From assembly GCF_000315625.1 (NCBI RefSeq), contig NW_005434593.1, positions 60,659-101,931 of the forward strand: DNA of 41,273 bases, read 5' to 3'. Below, one piece after another: positions 33,990 through 41,273 of the stretch. Within the stretch, counting starts at the first letter, position 1; every line of letters begins with the position of its first letter. A program made the translations under genes and the position numbers. The notes beneath the pieces are model-generated. The model had not been told where the DNA came from, did no database searches, and was given only the letters and a program-made list of their open reading frames with translations. Source of the DNA: Guillardia theta CCMP2712 (lineage: Eukaryota; Protista; Cryptophyta).

Positions 33990-36009
33990 ATGTCGGAGAG
34001 TGTCGCAGCAGAAGTCCCGACAGAGAGCAAAGAGCAGAGGAGCTCGAGCGTCGAGATGTCTCCGGTCAAGGGGCTGGAGGATGCAGTGCGTGCGGGCTCG
34101 CCGGTGTCAGAGGATAAGAAACTGTCGTCGCACAAACGAAGTCTGAGCTGGGGAGGGGCCTTCAGCCGCTCCTTGTTCGGTCTGCGGAGTAAGAGCAAGG
34201 GCGATGAGTTCAAGGAGAACGAGGGGGAGCAGAACGGAGTCGCTGTCGTTCCCGAGCCCATCGGGGAGCAGGAGGCGACGCAAGAGGACGGGCAGGAGTC
34301 ACCCATGAAGCCTTCGCGCCTGCAGTTCGGGTGGAGCAAGAAGACTATGTCACCGGAGAAGAAGCCCGAGGCTCCTGCTGAGCGACATCCTCCCCATCCC
34401 CTCACACCCATAGAGCACAAGCCTGGCGCTGCTTTGTCGCACGAGCCGCTGGTGCAGCTGCTCAAGGACGTGGAGGGCATCGAGGCGCTGGTGCCGCGCA
34501 AGCAGGGAAAGCTGCTGGAGACGCTCAAGGCGTCGGAGAAGAAGCTGCGAGAGCTGGAAGCGGCTCTGCTGGACCCTCACGAAACCTCGAGGAAGCTTCG
34601 CTCCTCCCTTGACGTGCTCAAGGCGGCGGTGCAGGCGGCGGAGGACAAGAACGGAAAGATCAGCCGCCTCGGCCTCGTCATGCTGCAGCGACTTGCAGTT
34701 CTTGACGCCATCGACCCTCCTTACTTCGCCGCTGTCGGCATGGTGCTTCGCAAGTGCTCTGAAGTCGCAGAGGAAGCAATCCAACTCCGCGTGGTCCAGT
34801 TCATCTCGAGCGCCATGCAGAGCGAACGGTTCGCGATCCAGATCGGACCTGCTCTCTTCATGCTTGAGGCGCTCTTGTCTATCCATGGCGGTCGCTTTCC
34901 CGCGGCATCGCAGGCGGCGGCGGCGGCTCTGCGGCAGGTGACGGAGGCGTCCATCGACCTCCTGCACAAGTTTGACCTGGAGAGAATCGAGAGGTGAGGG
35001 AGGAGGGCGAGAGGGGAAGGGGAGGAGGAGGGAGGGGGTGGGAAGCAGGGAAGGGAGCAGGGGGAGGAGACGAGGATGGAAAGGTGACGTGCGACTGCAG
35101 TCAGAGGAAGCAGCAGCTCTCCTTCGACTCTCGGGCGAGCGAGGACGAGGAGGTCCATGAGATCTCAGAGGTGAAGGAGGAGTCGCCGAGCGCCAGCCCA
35201 AGCTACGTGAGCAAGAAGAGCTTACCTCAGGCAGCGGAATGCTGCGCTCAAGTGCTGAAGGAGCTCCTCCTCCTCATCAACGGGGAATCCTCGCAGAGAG
35301 TCAGGAGCCGAGCCTCCCTGTCCTCTCAGATCCTTGCGATGGACATCTTGGACTCGCTGTTCCGCAAGCACCCGTCAGTGTTCATGAGGTGGGAGAGGAG
35401 GAGGAGGAGGAGGAGTGGCTGATTTGGTGCAGGTATGCTCCTCTCTTGAAGCTCGTTGAGGACGACCTCCTCTCCATCATCATCGCACAGCTGCAGGTAA
35501 CGAATCTGACCCCCGTCCTACTCCCTTGCATTTCTTCCCTCCCCCCGTTCCTCCCTCCCTCCCTCCCTCCCTCCTTCCCTCCCTCCTCTCCTTCTCTTCC
35601 TGCTATGGAGGAAGCAGCGGTTTTCTGACATCTCGCAGCGCTTGGCGTCTGGCGGCGTCAAGTTGCAGATAGGAGCAAGGGAGGCGAGGGAGGACTACGC
35701 GCAGAGGATGCTCCAGGTCTGCTGCCCAGCTGCCGCCCACGTGGCTCATGTCAAAGTTTCTCAGGTTGTCAAACTTTTCCGACTCTCTTCAGGGATCGTC
35801 AGCAACGTCTTTGCAACTTCTCTTCACGAAGAATTCCTCGAAACCTTGTGAGCAGACGGACTGAACCCTACCCACCCACTTCACTAGTTCCTACCCACCC
35901 ACTTCACTAGTTCCTACCCACCCACCTCACTAGTTTGTGTCCCTCTGTAGGCCCCTCTTCTCTCCTGTCCTGCATCTCTCCTCCTTTTCCTCTTCTACCT
36001 GTTCTCCTT

Positions 36010-36044
<35 letters not shown>

Positions 36045-36806
36045 CTCGCTCTCCCCCTTCCTCTCCTGTGCTCTCTTCTCATCCCTCGCCTGCTCCCCCC
36101 TACCATCCTTCCGTCCTCACTTCTCCTCCAGCTCTGTCGAGGAGGGTCTCGGCTCCTTCCTCCTCCCCAACATCGCCAACGTCTTGTCGCTCTTCTCCTA
36201 TCTGGCGCAGGTGAAGGCCGTCGAGCGAGGCTCTAGAGTTCGCGCTGACAGCTGGTCAGAACGCTTCCCAGCAGTGGGTCAAACTCATCGCGCTGGAGTG
36301 TCTGCTGGAGTACACGTCCTGTCCGAGCTTCTCTCGGCGACTGAAATATGCCTTCACTGTGTGCCGAGGACGAGGATCTGTGGTGAGAGATGGAGCGAGA
36401 GTGAGGGGGGGGGGGGAGGAGGAGGAGTGAGCAAAAGCTGCGGCAGGACGACCAGGACAACGTCATCGTCGGGATCATCCGGATCTTCGATGACATCGTC
36501 AAAACTTTCCTCGAGAGCAGAACGGGAGAGCAGCAACATGCGAGGAAGATCGCGGGAAAGGGGGAGGCAGGAAAGGGAGCAGCTGCTACCGCTGCAGCAG
36601 GGACAGGAGGAGGAGGAGGAGGAGGAGGAGGAGGAGGAGGAGGAACAGCAGCAGCAGCAGCAGCAGGATCAATGGAGCTCAAAGGCAGTTTTATCTTGGA
36701 ACCAGCGGCTCCTTACACTAGACTTCTCGATGCTCAGGTGATGAGACTCGAAATCTTCCAGCTGGCATTCAATCATCTCCATCATCATCATCATCATCGT
36801 CATCAT

Positions 36807-36840
<34 letters not shown>

Positions 36841-39800
36841 TCCATCACCATCACAACCACCACCACCACCTCCTCCTCCTCCTTCTCCACCGTCTCCTTC
36901 TCACTTACTCCAGGTCGGCGAGCCTTCGCTCCCTCCCAACGTCGATGAGGTGGTTGCGGAGATGTCGATGCTGTGCGGGTCCAACATCTCTCACGCCCTC
37001 GCCTCCCTCTGCGGGATCTCCCCCGTCCTCCTCCTCGACCTCTCCGACCCCTCCAACCTCCCGCAACTCGCCCCCCAGCCCAACTTCAACTCCTCCCTCC
37101 TCGAGCAGAACTCTGAGGTGAGGCTACAAGCTGGAGAGACTGCGGTGGGGGAAGACGAAGGAGAGTAGAGCAGACGTTGAGAGGGGAGGTAGAGGAGGAG
37201 GAGGGAGCAGGAGGAGGAGCTGTGAGGGAGAGGAAAAGGAAGCGAGGGAGGAGACGAAGAGGCAGGGAGTAGAGCAGGAGGAGGATGGAGGGAGAGGGGG
37301 AAGGGGGTGGGAGGAGGAGGAGAAGAAGAAGAGTAGCAGGATGTAATGGTGTGAGCAGGTATGCTGGCACATCGTCGAGGGTTGTGCGAGCTCGCTGAAC
37401 TCGATCTCGAGGATGGTCCTGCTCTGTGTCCGACATCCCTCACTGCTTCGCCGCATGCTCTCAGCTCACTGCGCCCTCACCCAGACTGCTGCTGTCCTGC
37501 AGATGGTCCAGGCCAGAGATCTCTGCTTCAGGTGAGCCATGTCCTGATTCCTTCGTAGCTGACCTCCTCCTCCTCCTCTCCCTCTCCCTCCCCTCCCTTC
37601 ACTTCCAGTACACTCTGCGACATCGCTGCTCCTCAGCCCTACCAGAGTCGCATCCTCGTGTCTCCTCAAGGGAAGCCCCCGGCTACTCCCGCGAGTGAGG
37701 GCGACGGCAGCCATGCGAGCAAGTCGAAGGAGGAGGAGCATGGAGGAGAGACGACGGAGACAGTCGTGAGGGAGGAGGAGATGGCTGAGGAACGTGTCCT
37801 TGCCATCGAATCTCTCCTCCTCCTCGTCTTTGAGCTCGCAAGCTCTCTTCACGAGTCCTGGGGCAAAATCCTTCCTGTCTTCCAGTACCTCCAGACAGAA
37901 ATTTCAGGTCCCTTCCTCCTTCTCCCCCCCTCTCTCTCCCAGCCCTCCCTCTGCTCCTCCTCCTCCTCCTCTTCGTCGTCGTCGTCGTCGTCCTCCTCCT
38001 CCTCCTCCACCACCACCTCCGCCGGGGGGTCGTCGGCGGTGGTAGTGGGGGGAGGGGAGGGGGGCGGCGCCTCGCTCAACCAGGAGGATGATGGAGGGTG
38101 GGGAGGGGCGGGGGTGACGAAGATGTAGGAGGATGGAGACTGAGGCTGACGTGGTGGAGGGGGATGGGGGAGTCTGCGGTGGCGCAAGACGTGCTGCCAG
38201 ACGCGTGAGCATGACGTACAGCGAGAGGGAGGGAGGGNNNNNNNNNNNNNNNNNNNNNNNNNNNNNNNNNNNNNNNNNNNNNNNNNNNNNNNNNNNNNNN
38301 NNNNNNNNNNNNNNNNNNNNNNNNNNNNNNNNNNNNNNNNNNNNNNNNNNNNNNNNNNNNNNNNNNNNNNNNNNNNNNNNNNNNNNNNNNNNNNNNNNNN
38401 NNNNNNNNNNNNNNNNNNNNNNNNNNNNNNNNNNNNNNNNNNNNNNNNNNNNNNNNNNNNNNNNNNNNNNNNNNNNNNNNCCTTCTACTCCTCCTCCTCC
38501 TCCTCCTCCTCCTCCTCCTCCTCCTCCTGGTCTTTCTCTTTGCTCACATGACGGCAGAGACGGGCGTGAAGGAAGATCATGATGTGAAGGAGGTCGAGGA
38601 CTCAGGCAAGAAGAATTTCTTTGGCAGGAAGAAGACCAAAGTCAAGAACCCTGCTCCCTCCTCCTCCGCTGCTGCTGCTGCTGATCCTCCTCGACCTCCT
38701 CCTCCCCTCCTGGGCCAGCTCAACCGCCTGCTCCTCCTCCGGCGCTGGATGGACCTGCTCTTCGAGCAGAGCAGCCGGCTACCTGAAGACGCCTGCATAG
38801 TGCTCCTGACCGCCCTCTACCGCCTCTCCCTCTCCTCCCTCCAGGACCTCAAGGCCGGTGCCCTCGACCTCGGCTGGACACACTCGGGGAGCCTGGGGGA
38901 GCTGCTGTTCGGTGTGGAGAGGACAGTGAGGATCGCGCGGGGGAACCTGATGCGGCTGGAGGGGCTGTGGGGAACGATTTCTGTTCACTTGTCGCACGTG
39001 TCGTCGCATGCTCGTTCGGTCATGCGGCAGCATGGGATGCTCTACTTCTCCGAGCTGATGAACGAGGCCTTCAACTTCGCGTGCTCGGCTGGGGGGGAGC
39101 AGGGCGGGGAGGAGGAGCGAAGGAAGGACGGGAAAGGGAAGGACGAGGGAAGCTCTGCTAGCCTCAAGAAGAAACTGATCGGGGCGTACGAGGACATGTT
39201 CAAGTGCTCTTACAGTGACACCAAGAGCCTCGTTCTCTCCAGCCTCCATCAGCTGCTCTCTTCCTACGGTATGAACATCCAGTCTGCCTGGCCCTCCATC
39301 CTTCACTTCCTCCCACTCGTCGCTCAGGATCCAGAGAGTCAGCAGGTGCGGCAGGGAGCCACGTGCCTCGCCTACGTGTGCGATCACCTTCTGCTCTCCC
39401 TCTCGCTCCCCGACGTCGAGCAGCTCCTGCAGTGCCTCCTCCTCTTCGCCTCTCAGGACGTGGATGCTGAGTCGAGCCTGCGGGCGATCGCGATGACGCG
39501 GGACGTGGGAAGGTATCTGATGGGCAAGCTCTGCCGCCAGGAGTTGGAGGGGAAGGAGGAGGAGAGGAGGAGGGCAGAGGTCACTCGCTCGGTCCTGTCC
39601 TCCTTCGCCAAGCTGGTCCAGCTAGGGAGGGACAAGAGGAGCAGAGTGAGGGAGGAGGCGATCAGCACGGCAGTGGAGATGAGTCTGGGGCCCGAGGACA
39701 AGTGCGCGCATGTCATGATCAGCTTCCTTGGGTCCCTCCTCCTCCCCTACCTCCAGGAGACCTCCGGCTGGATGGAGACGGTGGAGCAGGAGAAGAAGAA

Positions 39801-41273
39801 CTTGCACAGGCAGTGGCTGAGGACTTGGAGCGCGGGGATGCGGGGAGCAGCCAAGGTGCTGAGCGAGCGGATGGCAGGGGCTGGGAAGGGAGGGAAGGAG
39901 GAGGAGGAGGAGGTGTGGGGGTTGTGGGATCCCTTCCTCCATCTGTACAAGTGGAGCCTGCGCAGTGAGAACATGGCGATCGCATGCGAGGTGACGAGCG
40001 AAGTTTGCGCGCTGATGTCGAGGAACATAGTCCAGCTGCCACTGAGCTGCTGGACGAGGCTGTGGCAGGAGGTGGAGGAGAGGATGCGGGAGCTCTGCGA
40101 GGATGAGCGGGTGGAGATAGAGCGCATGTGGCTGATCCTCTCCGAGCTGACGGCGGTGCTGCAAGAGAGCCGAGCAAGTGCAGGGGAGAAGCTGAGCAGA
40201 GAGATCATCGCGAGCTACGTGGACATGCTCAGCTCGCTGGCTGTGAGAGAGTGGAGGAAGAAAGGTGACGTCCTCCTCCTCCACAGCAAGGGATCAGTAC
40301 CTTCCTCCCCGTCCCCAGGCGAGAGAGGGACGGAAGAGGAAGCGGGAGGGGGAGGGGAGGGGTTGATGAACGAGCGGATGGCGCAGCAGTTTGATGCTCT
40401 CGTCCTCCTCCTCGACAGCTTCAGCGCAGCTGAGAAGATCGACCTCTGGAGGAAACTCTTCGCCTCCTTCTCCTCCGTCCTCCCCGGCAGCTGCAGCAGC
40501 AAGGAATGGTCGTCCCACCTCAAGGATGGGAAACCCAGGAAAGATCCTTCTCCCTCCTCGTCCTCCCCCTCCTCGTCCTCCCCCTCTTCCTCCCACCAGC
40601 ACAGCGTCGCCGTCACTTCTCGAGCAGCGTTGGCCCTCAACTTTCTGTTCGAGCGGGCAGGGGAGGAAGTGCAGCCGCGAGTCTTCGAGGAAGCGATCCT
40701 CCGCCTCCTCCTCGCCTTCTCCTCGTCAGGACCAGGAGGAGCCCAGCAGTCGCTGCGGCTGCCGGTGGCTCAGGTGGTTGAGAAGATCGTGGAGATCGGC
40801 ATCTCCCAGCTGAAGGCCCTGGAGGAGGAGAGCCAGCGGAGAATCTGGACGTGTATGATCGAAGGGTTCAGAGAGGTAGAGAGAGGAAGAGAGCGAGAGG
40901 GGGGAGGAAGAAGAGTGGAAGGAGCAGGACAAGAGCAACAATGAGGAGGGGAACGAGGACGAGGACGAGAGGGAGGAGGATGAGGAGAATGAGGAGAGGG
41001 TCAGAGCGAGAGGAGCTGAGGGTGTTGGCAGGCGATTCTCTGTGTGGAGAAGAAGACGAAGAGCGAAGCAGAGCTTGTGGACGAGACATGGTGAAGCTCC
41101 TGATGAGAAAGGGGGGGAGGGAAGAGGAGGCAGGGGGAGGGGAGGAGGGGGAGGGGGAGGGGAGGAGGGGGAGGGGAGGGAGGGGAGGGGGAGGGAGGAG
41201 TTACGTGGAGTGCGAGGCGTGTCGCGTGCTTGCCTCTTTGTTTTGTTTTCCCTATTTTTAATAATAAGGGGCT
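33990..41273 (+). CDS. MON2: MON2 (Sec7-less BIG/GBF-related trafficking scaffold; DCB, HUS, HDS regions), 3' end unresolved
   Basis: DCB: KISRLGLVMLQRL...EAIQLRVVQ...AAAAALRQ. HUS: VLKELLLLING...LAMDILDSLF and QWVKLIALECL. HDS: LLFEQSSRL, GNLMRLEGLW, VLSSLHQLL..YG..IQSAW, LGRDKRSRVREEAI, QWLRTW. No Sec7 catalytic motif seen. Spans N gap 38238-38480. Confidence 0.8.
35867..35935. repeat. Intronic 23-bp tandem repeat x3
   Basis: cctacccacccac(t/c)tcactagtt three times. Confidence 0.9.
36770..36870. repeat. Intronic (CAT)n/(CAC)n microsatellite
   Basis: Lies between donor GTGATG (~36738) and acceptor CCAG (~36912). Confidence 0.85.

Noticed and set aside
36672-37121. His-rich metal-binding protein
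   Set aside because: The poly-His comes from a (CAT)n tract inside a MON2 intron.
33990-41273. BIG/GBF1 Arf-GEF
   Set aside because: No Sec7 FRLPGE motif is visible and the 243-nt gap is too short to hide the domain; the QWxxTW motif fits MON2.

Overview
Eukaryotic, gene-dense nuclear DNA with many short (~45-100 nt) GT-AG introns, a few GC-AG introns, and introns inflated by purine/pyrimidine microsatellites. Bipartite and tripartite targeting peptides point to an alga with a complex red plastid; a cryptophyte such as Guillardia is my inference, not something the sequence proves. Bases 1-3.8 kb are a shredded, self-nested cluster of a CRE-like (restriction-like endonuclease, RLE) non-LTR retrotransposon. 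It holds RT and RLE fragments on both strands and about 14 copies of its apparent 3' terminus (CAGTAAATCC-TATA), several of them ultra-short inserts into other copies. The rest contains about 13 hand-spliced genes: a 4-TM membrane protein, a Cys-rich signal-anchored protein, a hypothetical protein, a CFAP96-like protein, a lumenal PsbP-domain protein, a tail-anchored coiled-coil protein, a p23/CS co-chaperone with a signal peptide and a ubiquitin-like LRLRGG junction, a small secreted protein, a PDZ/coiled-coil protein, a SAP-domain protein, a divergent FAD synthase-MPTb fusion, a possible small gene, and MON2 (3' end unresolved). CCGG-dense islands and GGGGTAGGGG motifs mark intergenic regions upstream of genes, and a 42-bp minisatellite lies at 20.4-21.0 kb. 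All gene models were spliced by eye, so the boundaries are approximate. There are three N gaps.
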